A DNA stretch of 64,000 nucleotides from Candidatus Algichlamydia australiensis (GTDB lineage Bacteria > Chlamydiota > Chlamydiia > Chlamydiales > JAJFMI01). The stretch is from positions 192,001 to 256,000 of the forward strand of contig JAXCHI010000002.1 in assembly GCA_033977065.1 (NCBI GenBank), in the 5' to 3' direction. This document shows positions 31,874 to 41,856 of this stretch, one piece after another. Position 1 is the first letter of the stretch, and each line of letters starts with the position of its first letter. The translations under genes and the position numbers were made by a program. The notes beneath the pieces are model-generated. The model was not told the origin of the DNA. It saw nothing but the letters and a program-made list of their open reading frames with translations, and searched no databases.

Positions 31874-32611
31874 TTAATTAAAGTAGCGAGATAAATAATC
31901 AAAATAAATTTCAGGCTCAGAGTCTTGCAAGAATTCTTTCACAAAAGACGCGTTTTTCTTCTTAACTTTTTTGCTATGGTAGAGGACTTCACCATTGGAG
32001 ACAGCGCCGTAATTGAAGTGATTGGAGTAGGCATTCATAGCAGTTTCGCGATAGTAGTCATAATCTTGAAAAAATAGCTCCATCCGATCAAGCGGTTTAC
32101 CGAGAAACACCAAAATTTCTTCAAAAACTCTTTGGGGTTCTTCTATAAGATCCTCGTAATAAACCAGCAATCGATTTTTTTTATTCCATGAGTCAAAAAC
32201 TCTTAAATAATTCAAATAGTAATCAAGATTTTCTCTGTTGATTACATTGGGTTGAGCTGATTTATGGAATTTTTTTCGTGATACGAGGCTTTCCAATGGG
32301 TTGCGTACAATTAGAATCAACTTATTCTGTGTTTTACGCTGCTTTTGGACATGAGAAGAACGGTGTGTTCGCACTAAAAAAGGGGGCTTACTCTCATCGA
32401 TATCCAAACCAAAAGGGTTAGCAAAATTTGAGGAGTGATTACAGTTCTTCCCCCTTGCATAAAGAAAATCATTTGAAAAGGGCTCTAAGCAGAGGAATCC
32501 CACGCCGTAAAGAAGCCAATGAGAACCTGATCTTGGCACAGAGAGCAAAATATTCTTACTAAACAGTCCCGCGTATGCAAAAAGAACGCAGCATAATAGT
32601 AGCTTTTTCAT
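31874..32611 (-). CDS. Sulfotransferase domain protein, exported
   Basis: SVPRSGSHW (5'-PAPS loop), IVRNPLESLVS, YYEDL; signal peptide. Confidence 0.75.
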   Translation of the reverse strand: MKKLLLCCVLFAYAGLFSKNILLSVPRSGSHWLLYGVGFLCLEPFSNDFLYARGKNCNHSSNFANPFGLDIDESKPPFLVRTHRSSHVQKQRKTQNKLILIVRNPLESLVSRKKFHKSAQPNVINRENLDYYLNYLRVFDSWNKKNRLLVYYEDLIEEPQRVFEEILVFLGKPLDRMELFFQDYDYYRETAMNAYSNHFNYGAVSNGEVLYHSKKVKKKNASFVKEFLQDSEPEIYFDYLSRYFN

Positions 32612-32619
32612 AATTTTTC

Positions 32620-32648
32620 ACAGTAGAAAAAGCTACTCCAAATTGCAA
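32620..32648 (-). promoter_or_regulatory. Sigma66-type promoter, leaderless arrangement
   Basis: TTGCAA-17 nt-TACTGT-8 nt-ATG. Confidence 0.55.
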
Positions 32649-32703
32649 ATAAATTTTTGTATTCTTTCTGAATCTTTCTTTGATCGAGCTTCAAAAGTGG
32701 TTT

Positions 32704-34593
32704 TTACTGTTTGTAACAGGAGTTCCTTGCATGAGATCTAATTTTTTCAATAATTGCGTTTTTTGTATAACCAAAACGTTTTGCTAACTCATCTGGAGAA
32801 CCTGATTCGCCAAAAGTCTCTATTGAAATCGCTAGCCCATTAGATCCAATGTATTTGTGCCATCCTTGATCGATTCCCGCCTCAATACTAATCTTAATTT
32901 TTCCTTGCAAAAGGGAACGTTTGTACGATAAGGGTTGTTTTTCAAATAATTCCCATGAAGGCATTGAAACAACTCTAGTCTCTTCTCCTAATTCTTTTGC
33001 AATCTCCAGTGCAAGAGATACTTCGGAGCCTGTTGCGATAAGGAGGTGTTCAACTGAAGAGGATGATTCATGTTTTATAATGTAAGCTCCTCTTCCAAGC
33101 CCATCTGACAAGGAATGAGTAGAAAGAGCGGGGAGAGGTTGTCGTGATAAGATAATTGCACTGGGACCTTGATATCGTAGTGCTACGATCCAAGCCATTT
33201 TTACCTCGTGTGCATCTGCAGGTCGTATAACAATTAACCCCGGAATTGCACGTAGAGAAGCCAAATGTTCAATAGGTTGATGCGTGGGACCATCATGCCC
33301 TATGAAAATAGAATCATGAGTGAACTGATAAATGACTCTTAACTTCATAATGGCACTCATTCTAATGGCGCTTTTCATGTAATCGGTAAAGGCAAGAAAA
33401 GTTCCAATGAAAGGAATAATGGAGTCAGTTTTCGCCATGCCAGCTGCCATAGATGCCATAGCGAATTCTCTAACACCATATTTAATATTTCTTGCAGCAA
33501 AATGCGTGGATGTAACGAAATTTTCATCATCTAGATAAGTGCCATCAGAAGATGCTAAGTCTGCAGAGCCACCGTTTAACATGGGAAGGTGTTGTTTCAA
33601 CAGTTGAAGAATCTTATGAGAAGCCCATCTACCAGCCGTTGGAGAGGGAATCTCAAGTTGTTCTAAAAGTGCCTCTAAATTTTGAGGGATTTCTATTTTA
33701 CTAGAAGAGAAACCCTTTGCTTGACGATTTTGGAAATATGTGTAGATTTCTGGATTAACATGAAAAGGCGTTGTAGAAAGTCCTAATATTTTTTTTGTGA
33801 GAAAAGCCTCTTTTGTTCCTAGTGGGTTTCCATGTGCGAGCGGAGTTTTTGCCTTATTTGGGGATCCGTAACCAATTTGTGTATGAGCAACAATGATGGT
33901 GGGTCTCTTTTGAGATACTCTTAATGGGCTAATGACCTTACGAATTTGATCTATATCGTGACCATCGACTTCAAAGAAGTTCCAATTTTGTGATTGGAAA
34001 CGGAGAGAAATATTTTCAGAAAAGGTTTCACTCACATAACCATCAAGAGTAGTCTTATTACAGTCATAAACTAGAATTAGATTGTTGAGATTTAAGTGGC
34101 CAGCTAGAGAACAAGCTTCATAGGAGACTCCTTCCATGAGATCACCATCTCCAGCTAAAACAACAACTTTTGACTCTACCCCTATTTTTTTTAAAGCAAG
34201 GGCCTGTCCAACTGCGAAACTAATTCCTTGCCCATCTAAACCTGTTGTCGCTTCAACGCCATCAGTTTTTGTAATGTCGGGGTGACTTGGCGTATTCGAA
34301 TCAATCTGCCTATATTTTTTGAGATCACTAATGGAGATTGGGAAGCCAGCTAAATGCAGACAGCTATAAAGCCATAGGGATCCATGTCCTGCTGAAAGAA
34401 TCAAACGATCCCTTTCTGGCCAGCTAGGATGAGTAGAGTCAAAATTAAGAAATTCACCGAATAAGTAGGCTCCAATTTCGGCACATCCTAGGGGAAGACC
34501 AGGATGTCCAGAGCCTGCTTTTTCTACAGCATCAATTGTAAGAAGTCGAATCGCATCGGCAATCTTATGAAGAATTTGATTTTGGTTTTGCAT
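32704..34593 (-). CDS. tkt: Transketolase
   Basis: SGHPG, LSAGHGS, GDGDLMEG, GVREFAM, THDS..GHDGPTHQP. Confidence 0.95.
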   Translation of the reverse strand: MQNQNQILHKIADAIRLLTIDAVEKAGSGHPGLPLGCAEIGAYLFGEFLNFDSTHPSWPERDRLILSAGHGSLWLYSCLHLAGFPISISDLKKYRQIDSNTPSHPDITKTDGVEATTGLDGQGISFAVGQALALKKIGVESKVVVLAGDGDLMEGVSYEACSLAGHLNLNNLILVYDCNKTTLDGYVSETFSENISLRFQSQNWNFFEVDGHDIDQIRKVISPLRVSQKRPTIIVAHTQIGYGSPNKAKTPLAHGNPLGTKEAFLTKKILGLSTTPFHVNPEIYTYFQNRQAKGFSSSKIEIPQNLEALLEQLEIPSPTAGRWASHKILQLLKQHLPMLNGGSADLASSDGTYLDDENFVTSTHFAARNIKYGVREFAMASMAAGMAKTDSIIPFIGTFLAFTDYMKSAIRMSAIMKLRVIYQFTHDSIFIGHDGPTHQPIEHLASLRAIPGLIVIRPADAHEVKMAWIVALRYQGPSAIILSRQPLPALSTHSLSDGLGRGAYIIKHESSSSVEHLLIATGSEVSLALEIAKELGEETRVVSMPSWELFEKQPLSYKRSLLQGKIKISIEAGIDQGWHKYIGSNGLAISIETFGESGSPDELAKRFGYTKNAIIEKIRSHARNSCYKQ

Positions 34594-34606
34594 TTTTTTT
34601 GTGATA

Positions 34607-35602
34607 TCACGTTATGTCTTTGGCGTTTCTGAATGCAATGTCTACAACACCATTAGCCTCAAACATATCTATGAACTCTTTATACATCTTAGAGCGGTCT
34701 TTATTTTCAGTTGGTCGAGTGAGCAATTCTTCAGAATAGACAGCAATATCTTCAATAATTCGCTCGCAGCGATAGTACGCAAGGAGAGCCAAATCTACAT
34801 CAGTCTGACCATACCCTTGATAAAACAACAACTCCTCATAAGGTTGATTCCAAATGTTTCCTACCCCTCCGCCAATAAACATCAAGTCTCGCTCTTTCGG
34901 TGCTAAGATTGCGTCATCCCAGTCAACAATATAAAAAGTATCTTGATCACTAATCAGGACATTCCCTCCGTGAATATCTGAGTGGCAAAGCACATATTTT
35001 AGAGAGGACTTGCAAACTTTCTGGCTGAACTTTTCAGCATTGTTGATTAGCTGTAGGATCGCAGGCTTATTCTCTTGGAGAAACGTCCACAAGCTTACAC
35101 TGATAGGATCATTTTTATACACAGATTTGGTTTTGTAGAGAGACTCTACAAAATTCCTCGATTTTGGAGAAAAAGATTCTCGGGGAATACCTTTTTGAAA
35201 AAGGGGAGGAAGGGGGATTTCATGTATTTGTTTCAATGTTTTTCCAAGAGAGATCCAATGATTGTCACTTAGAGAACGACTAAAGCCGTTTTGGCCTTGA
35301 ATAAAAGGGTAGACAATCAGAGTGAAGTCGCCTGTTTGTTGGGTCAATTTACCATCAATTGTTTTAACTGGTTGAATGAGGTGCTGAACTCCATTTTTAC
35401 GTAATAGCTCAAGAATTTCAGTGCTGCCATCATGAAAAGGGCCTCTTCTCACCTTAACAAAGTAAATTTTTTGATCAGTGGATTCGATCTTAAATAGGGA
35501 TGCATGTATATCAGCCCCTACAGGAATAAAAATCAGAGAAGATACTTCAATTTGATAAAAAGATTTCAAACAGCTGATAAAAAGATGAGTCGATTTTTTC
35601 AT
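34607..35602 (-). CDS. Aminoglycoside phosphotransferase, APH(9)-Ia (spectinomycin) like
   Basis: GAD, YPFI..NGF, LCHSDIHGGNVL, DWD..LAPKERDLMFIGGGVGN.W, RI.EDIAVY. Confidence 0.75.
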   Translation of the reverse strand: MKKSTHLFISCLKSFYQIEVSSLIFIPVGADIHASLFKIESTDQKIYFVKVRRGPFHDGSTEILELLRKNGVQHLIQPVKTIDGKLTQQTGDFTLIVYPFIQGQNGFSRSLSDNHWISLGKTLKQIHEIPLPPLFQKGIPRESFSPKSRNFVESLYKTKSVYKNDPISVSLWTFLQENKPAILQLINNAEKFSQKVCKSSLKYVLCHSDIHGGNVLISDQDTFYIVDWDDAILAPKERDLMFIGGGVGNIWNQPYEELLFYQGYGQTDVDLALLAYYRCERIIEDIAVYSEELLTRPTENKDRSKMYKEFIDMFEANGVVDIAFRNAKDIT

Positions 35603-35640
35603 TACAAACCATATCAATAATTATAAAAAATACTACTTGC

Positions 35641-36468
35641 TTAATCTTCTTTTTGGGCGCTTAAAGAGCTAAGGGAGTGTTCAAAAATATCTTGAATGTG
35701 TAAAATTGTGGTATCAAAAATTGGAATTTGGAAATCTTCTTGTTTTACAAGTAATCCAAGCTCCGTGCATCCAAGTAAAATTGCTTCAGCGCCTTCGTTC
35801 CGAAGCGTATGTATTATTTCACTTATTTTTGATTTTGAGTAGGCTTCTATTTTTCCTAGGCAAAGTTCTTGATAGATGATCTCATCGATGATTTGAGAAT
35901 CCGATGGGTTTGGGGTCAGCACTTCTAAGCCAAAGTTCTCTTCTAAATTTGAGGAGTAAAACCCATCTTTCATAGTAAATTCAGTCCCAAGGAGTCCAAC
36001 TCTTTTTACTCCTCTGCTGCGCAGGGCTTTTCCTGCGCTCTCTGCTATATGAAGAAAAGGGACTGAAAGAGAGTCTGTAATCTGGGGAGCAACTTTGTGC
36101 AGCGTATTGCAGCTAAGAGCGATAAAGTCAGCTCCAGCTTCTTCAAGCGACCGAGCAGCAGTACCGAGCTGGATGCCTATCTCTTCCCAATTGTTTTCGA
36201 GCTCAAGAGAGATAATAGGATCATAATTAATGCTATATAATAGCAATTTAGCGGAGTTCAACCCACCTAATTGCTTACCAACTTTCTGGTTAATGAGCTG
36301 ATAATAGAGAGCTGTTGACTCCCAGCTAGCGCCTCCTATGAGACCGATTGTTTTTTGGGTAAAATGATTATGCATACTACTTTGTAGTTCAGGTGATGAA
36401 AATTCTTGCGTTTCAACAGCAAACATTTTCAAATTTAAGAAGATGATAAAATAAGCGAAAAACTTCAT
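35641..36468 (-). CDS. Aspartate/glutamate racemase family (YgeA/RacX-like)
   Basis: KTIGLIGG.SWEST, CNTLH, LGCTE catalytic cysteine motifs. Confidence 0.9.
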   Translation of the reverse strand: MKFFAYFIIFLNLKMFAVETQEFSSPELQSSMHNHFTQKTIGLIGGASWESTALYYQLINQKVGKQLGGLNSAKLLLYSINYDPIISLELENNWEEIGIQLGTAARSLEEAGADFIALSCNTLHKVAPQITDSLSVPFLHIAESAGKALRSRGVKRVGLLGTEFTMKDGFYSSNLEENFGLEVLTPNPSDSQIIDEIIYQELCLGKIEAYSKSKISEIIHTLRNEGAEAILLGCTELGLLVKQEDFQIPIFDTTILHIQDIFEHSLSSLSAQKED

Positions 36469-37499
36469 ATTTTTTTCTCGTGTTCAAGAAGCCATTTTTT
36501 TCGTGCTAAGCCCCCTCCATATCCTCCGAGTTGGCCATTAGTGTTAATGACCCGATGACAGGGAATAACAATAGCGATTTGATTTGCCCCATTTGCACTT
36601 CCAACTGCACGTACAGCTCGGGAGTTTCCCATTCTACAAGCAATCTCGGCATAAGAGAGAGTTTGTCCGGGAGGGATCTTTTTCAGCTCTGACCATACTC
36701 TCTTTTGAAAAGGAGTGCCAATCATTTTTATTGGCGTAAAAAATTTTTTTAGTTGGCCTTTGAAGTAGAGGTGCAATTCTTTTTCTATTGAATCGATAAT
36801 TTTTGTTCTTCCTGGAATAATTGGTGATTTTCGTAGTCTCTCAATTTCCCGTTCTAGTCCACGGCGATTCACAAACTCCAAAAGATATAAGGTCTGATCA
36901 TCTGCAATGGCAATCATGGGTCCGAGAGGAGTATCAATCCAGTCAGCTTTTAATACCTCTATCTCTTTTGATTTTGTTGGTGGGGCTCCCATAATTTTGG
37001 AAAAAGCGTCTCGAAATCCACTCCCTGAATTGTATCCCGAGTTGATTTGTGTATCAATCACACTTTTCTGCTCCTTTATCTGTTTCAGCGCCAGGCCTAG
37101 ACGACGAGCTCTAGCAAATGCTACAAAAGTCATTCCAAATCTCTTTTTGAAAAGCCGAGATGCTTGCGCGGCACTAATTGATAATTTGCGAAAATCTGAT
37201 TCCTTCCACTTTTTTTCCGGATTTTCTTCTACTGCCTCAACTAATTTTCTAACTACTTCTGGAACGGTTTCGGGATGAGATAGAGGGTGGCAGCGCTTGC
37301 AAGGGCGAAAGCCGGCTAGAAGAGCCTCTTCTGCTGATTTGTAAAACTCACAATTTTCGAGTTTTGGTTTCCGGGCAGGGCAAATCGACCTGCAAAAAAC
37401 TCCAGTGCTTTTTACACCGACATAAAAAACTCCATCAAATTCCGGATTTCGATCAATCAATGCTTTATAGTAAATTTTTTTTTGCTCAATAGATAACAT
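36465..37499 (-). CDS. ada: Bifunctional Ada transcriptional activator / O6-methylguanine DNA methyltransferase
   Basis: TGVFCRSIC and GFRPCKRC Zn site, AraC-type HTH, IPCHRV. Confidence 0.93.
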   Translation of the reverse strand: MLSIEQKKIYYKALIDRNPEFDGVFYVGVKSTGVFCRSICPARKPKLENCEFYKSAEEALLAGFRPCKRCHPLSHPETVPEVVRKLVEAVEENPEKKWKESDFRKLSISAAQASRLFKKRFGMTFVAFARARRLGLALKQIKEQKSVIDTQINSGYNSGSGFRDAFSKIMGAPPTKSKEIEVLKADWIDTPLGPMIAIADDQTLYLLEFVNRRGLEREIERLRKSPIIPGRTKIIDSIEKELHLYFKGQLKKFFTPIKMIGTPFQKRVWSELKKIPPGQTLSYAEIACRMGNSRAVRAVGSANGANQIAIVIPCHRVINTNGQLGGYGGGLARKKWLLEHEKKI

Positions 37500-37511
37500 T
37501 TTAAACCTCTC

Positions 37512-37677
37512 TAGGATAGCGTCGTCAAAAGGCTATAATCAGATTGTTTTTCATGTTTGCAGCTTATTTTTGTGCGGAAATTGAAGCTGAATTTGTAAAT
37601 TCCGCTTCATTTGAGCACAAAAATGGAGCCCAAACATGAAAAATAAGATGGTTGTATGCTTTTGACGACGCTATCTA
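37512..37677. mobile_element. Family A MITE, copy 2 (inverted)
   Basis: Reverse complement of 4510-4674 with two substitutions and one extra G at the left end. Confidence 0.9.
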
Positions 37678-38104
37678 ATACTCCCATGATAAGGGTTTTT
37701 GAAAAACCGACCGCCGAAATTTGAACATTAATTCTTCGATGTCGATATTTTTGGGGTCTTTTTTCAAATTTTCTATTAAAGTACCAGTACTCTTTAACAG
37801 AAAATTTTAGCATTATTTTTACGTCAAAGCTCTCGCATAAAATGGATCCCAAACGTGAAAAGTAAAGCGATTGTATGGAATTGAAGAAGCTGTCTAGACC
37901 TTGCAAAGTTTTCTACAAAACAAAAAAAACAGCCGCGCAAGCGACGTGAAAGAGGTCTCCTCCAGAAACGAAGTTGAGGGTGGGGAATGAATTTGTAAAC
38001 CTTCTCGTAGGGCAGCGGGGATTTGCCCAACTGTCTCTATTGGCTGTTTTTTAAATTAAACACTAAGATTTTCTGTTACAGAGTGCTAGTTATGATGTGC
38101 GGAT

Positions 38105-38680
38105 TTATGAGTTTTGAACGGCATCTTTTTTTATTTCTACAATGCGCAGGATGGCTGCCGTCAATTCTGGAAACGACTCTTTGTAATAATCTCCACCAAA
38201 ATGACCCTGGTCTGTAAACTCGTGGTATTCGCATGCAAGCATTTTATGAATATGTCTTGGGTGCTCAATCGGAACCCAGGGATCATCTTGAGAAGCAAAT
38301 AGAACGATTTTTTTCTGGTTTGCACGGATTTTTTTCCAATCCCAAGGGCTATCGAAATACCCGGACTTTTTCTCATTCTCCATTCCCAAATCTGTATGGT
38401 ATGCACCGATCAGTATTGATCCCCAAATTTGGTGGTTTTCGGCAAATTTCATTGCAGCAATAGCTCCTGATGAGTGTCCTACTAAAAGAGTGTCTTTATC
38501 GACTTTTAGCTCGTTGATCAAATGAGGAAACCAGTAGGATTCTCTTGCTAAAATAGGGTCAGGAAACTCCTTTGCAATAACTTGTATACCAGCATTTTCT
38601 AAATCTTTTTTAAGATTTGGAAACCAGTTATCAGCGGTTGTAGCTCCTCCGTTTCCCGGAACAAATACTACTTTTTTCAT
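38105..38680 (-). CDS. RBBP9/YdeN-like alpha/beta hydrolase
   Basis: PGNGG, NWFP, VGHSSGA, S.DDPWVP, GHF. Confidence 0.88.
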   Translation of the reverse strand: MKKVVFVPGNGGATTADNWFPNLKKDLENAGIQVIAKEFPDPILARESYWFPHLINELKVDKDTLLVGHSSGAIAAMKFAENHQIWGSILIGAYHTDLGMENEKKSGYFDSPWDWKKIRANQKKIVLFASQDDPWVPIEHPRHIHKMLACEYHEFTDQGHFGGDYYKESFPELTAAILRIVEIKKDAVQNS

Positions 38681-38772
38681 AAACCTACTCCTTTAGGAAA
38701 GAGGCTTAAATTTGCTTTTTTATGCTGTTCTTGTCAAGATTGTGGCATATTTTCCAACATTTGAGGAAGTTG

Positions 38773-39327
38773 ATGTACGCCAAACAAATTTATGAGTTAA
38801 TAGAGAGCATTTCTCCTCTTGATGAAATTGAAATAGCTCATAAAAAAGATGCTTTAGATTGGATTGAATCTGGTGTTGAACTCTGTCGAAAAGAAAAACC
38901 TGCAACACCTCCAAAGCACCTCGTCTCATATGCAATTTTGCTCGATTCAAAGAGACAAAAAATATTACTTGTGGACCACAAAAAAGCTCTGCTTTGGCTT
39001 CCTGTCGGAGGACATGTTGATCCGGGAGAGCATCCTACTGCTACTGCAAAGAGAGAATTGCAAGAGGAGCTCGGAGTGAGTTTGCAACTCTCAATTCAAA
39101 ATCCTCTTTTTTTAACGGTGACAGAGACAGTTGGTGTTACAGCTGGACACATTGATGTTTCGCTGTGGTACCTGTTTGAAGCAAATTCCGAAGATAGCTA
39201 CGTCTATGATGCAGGAGAATTTAATGAGATTCAGTGGTTTTCAATGAATGATCTTCCTGAAAGTAGAGTCGATCCTCATCTACGTAGATTTATGCAGAAA
39301 CTGCACTCCTGCTCCATTTTTTCTTAA
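38773..39327 (+). CDS. NUDIX hydrolase
   Basis: GGHVDPGE..TAKRELQEELG Nudix box; start after GAGG. Confidence 0.88.
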   Translation: MYAKQIYELIESISPLDEIEIAHKKDALDWIESGVELCRKEKPATPPKHLVSYAILLDSKRQKILLVDHKKALLWLPVGGHVDPGEHPTATAKRELQEELGVSLQLSIQNPLFLTVTETVGVTAGHIDVSLWYLFEANSEDSYVYDAGEFNEIQWFSMNDLPESRVDPHLRRFMQKLHSCSIFS

Positions 39328-39332
39328 AAGTT

Positions 39333-40922
39333 TCAATATAGAGACCACTCCTCAGTTGCGATTTTCTCTATAAAAGTGGCGTCATGAGAAACCGCTAAAA
39401 TTGTGCCTTCAAAATGTAAAAGGGACGTTTCAAATGCCTCCAAGGTGAGAAGATCAAGATGGTTGGTAGGCTCATCCAGTAGGAGAATGTTGGGCCTTTC
39501 TAAAATAAGGGAAAGTAGCATAAACCGCTTTCTTTGACCCGGGCTCTGAGTAGAAAATGGACGGCTTAAAAGTTCCGCACCTCCAATAGCGGCCTTATGC
39601 AACTCGCTTCTGAGCTTTTCTTCAATTAAGTTGTATCTCTCTTCAAAATACCCAAGGGGGGTCTTTTTCAACGGAAGTGCATTTGCTTCTTGATCTAAGT
39701 AGGCGACTTTTGCAGTTGGGGCATATCGAACTTGACCACTGTCAAATGGCAGTAAACCCGCAATGCATTTAAGTAAGGTTGTTTTGCCGGAGCCGTTTGG
39801 CCCTGTTAAAAGGATTCGGCTTCCTTTGCTTAGTACTTTATTTACATCAGAAAATAGAGTTTTCTCACCAAAAGTTTTTGAGACTTCTTCCAACTCTATC
39901 GCAACACGAGAGGTGAGAGGTGTCTGCTCGAATCTTAACCCTTTGATGGTTTTTGGCTTTGGATGGGGGAGTGGATTTGCTTCAATTTCAGCTAGTTGTG
40001 CTTTTAAAAAATTGAGATTGCGTTGCAACGACTTTTGATGCTTTTCACCTCTCTTATCGTAGGCCATGAAATTGCGATCTTTTGGAGGACGAGCTTTTTT
40101 CTGGGAGAAGTTCGTCGCCTTAATTTTCTGTTTTAACAAAGTCTTCTCCTCTTCCTGTTTTTCAAAAGCTTTTATTTCTCTTTCTAGTGCGCGTTTTTTT
40201 TCTTCTAAGTAAAAGTCATAGTTTCCTCCAAAAGAATTGAGGTTGCCATCTTTAATTTCGATTAAGCGATTACAAATAGCATTTAAGAATTTCCTGTCGT
40301 GTGAAACAACGATTGTGGCTCCTACTCGATTTTTTAGCATTTTTTCAAGCCAATCTAACATTTCTCTGTCTAAGTGGTTCGTGGGCTCATCAAGCAGAAG
40401 AAGGTCGGGATTGTCAATGAGCGCTTTTGCAAGTAAAATGCGAGCTTTTTGTCCACCACTAAGAGAGGAGACGGGAAGGTTGTACAAAGAAGAATCCAAT
40501 TTCAATCCACCTAGAACTTTTTCAACAGGAAGACGTGAGTAGCCGCCAAGTTGTTCATAACGCTCATGGATTTCCGACCATTCGTCTAATCGATTAGGAT
40601 CATTTAAGCAAATGGCCATTTGCTCTTCCATCTCTGCAAAAATTCCCGTTTCGATAAAAGTTCTGGCTGTAACAAGAGATTCTGGAAAATCTGCCTCTTG
40701 AGGCATCAAGCCAACTCTTAAATGAGAAGCTTTACTTAACTTTCCCTTATCTGGAGCAATAACTCCTGATAACAATTTTAACAGTGTGCTTTTCCCTGTA
40801 CCATTCTCTCCAACAAGAGCAAAAATTTCCCCTTCATGAATAGATAGAGAAATTTCTTCAAATAAGGTGATTGAATCGAAATGTATAGATATATTTATGA
40901 GCTGAGCGAGAAGTTTACGCAT
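39333..40922 (-). CDS. ABC-F ATPase, possible ribosome protection protein
   Basis: Two NBDs (GENGTGKS, GPNGSGKT; LDEPTNHLD twice), no transmembrane segments, extended inter-domain linker. Confidence 0.88.
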   Translation of the reverse strand: MRKLLAQLINISIHFDSITLFEEISLSIHEGEIFALVGENGTGKSTLLKLLSGVIAPDKGKLSKASHLRVGLMPQEADFPESLVTARTFIETGIFAEMEEQMAICLNDPNRLDEWSEIHERYEQLGGYSRLPVEKVLGGLKLDSSLYNLPVSSLSGGQKARILLAKALIDNPDLLLLDEPTNHLDREMLDWLEKMLKNRVGATIVVSHDRKFLNAICNRLIEIKDGNLNSFGGNYDFYLEEKKRALEREIKAFEKQEEEKTLLKQKIKATNFSQKKARPPKDRNFMAYDKRGEKHQKSLQRNLNFLKAQLAEIEANPLPHPKPKTIKGLRFEQTPLTSRVAIELEEVSKTFGEKTLFSDVNKVLSKGSRILLTGPNGSGKTTLLKCIAGLLPFDSGQVRYAPTAKVAYLDQEANALPLKKTPLGYFEERYNLIEEKLRSELHKAAIGGAELLSRPFSTQSPGQRKRFMLLSLILERPNILLLDEPTNHLDLLTLEAFETSLLHFEGTILAVSHDATFIEKIATEEWSLY

Positions 40923-41022
40923 AAGTTTGATCCTTGGTTTACTGCTTTTTTGATGAATTAAAAGAGGAGGGTCAAACTTATTTTTTCATTTTTTTTTAGA
41001 CTCGCTATATATTTAGCCTCAT
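40920..41022 (-). promoter_or_regulatory. Candidate translational attenuator with uORFs
   Basis: uORF ATGAAAAAATAA (40989-40978); ATAAGTTTGA pairs with TCAAACTTAT, covering the start codon next to the AAGGA site. Confidence 0.65.
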
Positions 41023-41055
41023 TTTAATATATGCATATTTTTTATTCAAAAAAAA

Positions 41056-41856
41056 CTAACACTTTGCAAATCCATACAAGACTTTTAGCTCTTCTTCTAA
41101 AGTTTTTCCTACAGTGATAGCGGCAGTTTTTTCCAGTGTGCTTTGATGACAATTTTCTAATTGATCAGCAGAGAGCTGCTCAAGCAAAGCTCGTGTCGCA
41201 TGACTCCAAAGACTATTCCACCAAGCATCAACGGTGTCATGTGTAAATATTTTATTTTCTTTTTCAATTTGGACGTTGTGAAAGCCAGCACGCTTGCAGA
41301 TTTTATGTAACTTGGATTCATTCCAGTTAGATGTTTTTACAAAGCTTGTTGTAGGTTGTATTTGATTAATTTGACTTTCTATCAAGTTATCTAATTCAGA
41401 ATTTTCCGCCCATGTAGAGAAAACTAAACTCCCTCCAGGTTTTAATACTCGTTTGAATTGTGATAGAGCTTGGGAAGGGGAGAGAAAAAAAGAAAAACAA
41501 AAACCACAAAAAACGAAATCAAAGCTGTTTTCTGGAAAACATAGATTCTCTGCGTCCATGCGCAGAAGATCTACCCGATTGACTCCCTTTTTTGCGAGTC
41601 GAACAGATGTTTCAGAGAGCATCTGCTCACTTACATCAATACCTGTAATTTTTCCTTTTGAGTTAATGATTTTTGTAAGTGGAAATAGGATTGCTCCTTT
41701 ACCTGTCCCAACGTCTAGTACGTGGTGGTAGGGTTCAACTTTTGCCTGTTCTACTAAACGTTTTCCAAAGTAGGTAAAAAACGAGGAGTCTTTTTCCCCA
41801 TATTGAGGGGCCGCTCGGTCAAAAACTTCTCTTATCCACTCGTTTTGCTTTTTCAT
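41056..41856 (-). CDS. Class I SAM-dependent methyltransferase (UbiE-like)
   Basis: VLDVGTGKG, GIDVSEQML, MDAENL, RVLKPGG. Confidence 0.9.
   Translation of the reverse strand: MKKQNEWIREVFDRAAPQYGEKDSSFFTYFGKRLVEQAKVEPYHHVLDVGTGKGAILFPLTKIINSKGKITGIDVSEQMLSETSVRLAKKGVNRVDLLRMDAENLCFPENSFDFVFCGFCFSFFLSPSQALSQFKRVLKPGGSLVFSTWAENSELDNLIESQINQIQPTTSFVKTSNWNESKLHKICKRAGFHNVQIEKENKIFTHDTVDAWWNSLWSHATRALLEQLSADQLENCHQSTLEKTAAITVGKTLEEELKVLYGFAKC

Noticed and set aside
38008..38015. TAGGGCAG as the far att site of an island in tRNA(CAU)
   Set aside because: An 8-bp match is expected about once by chance in 64 kb and does not extend
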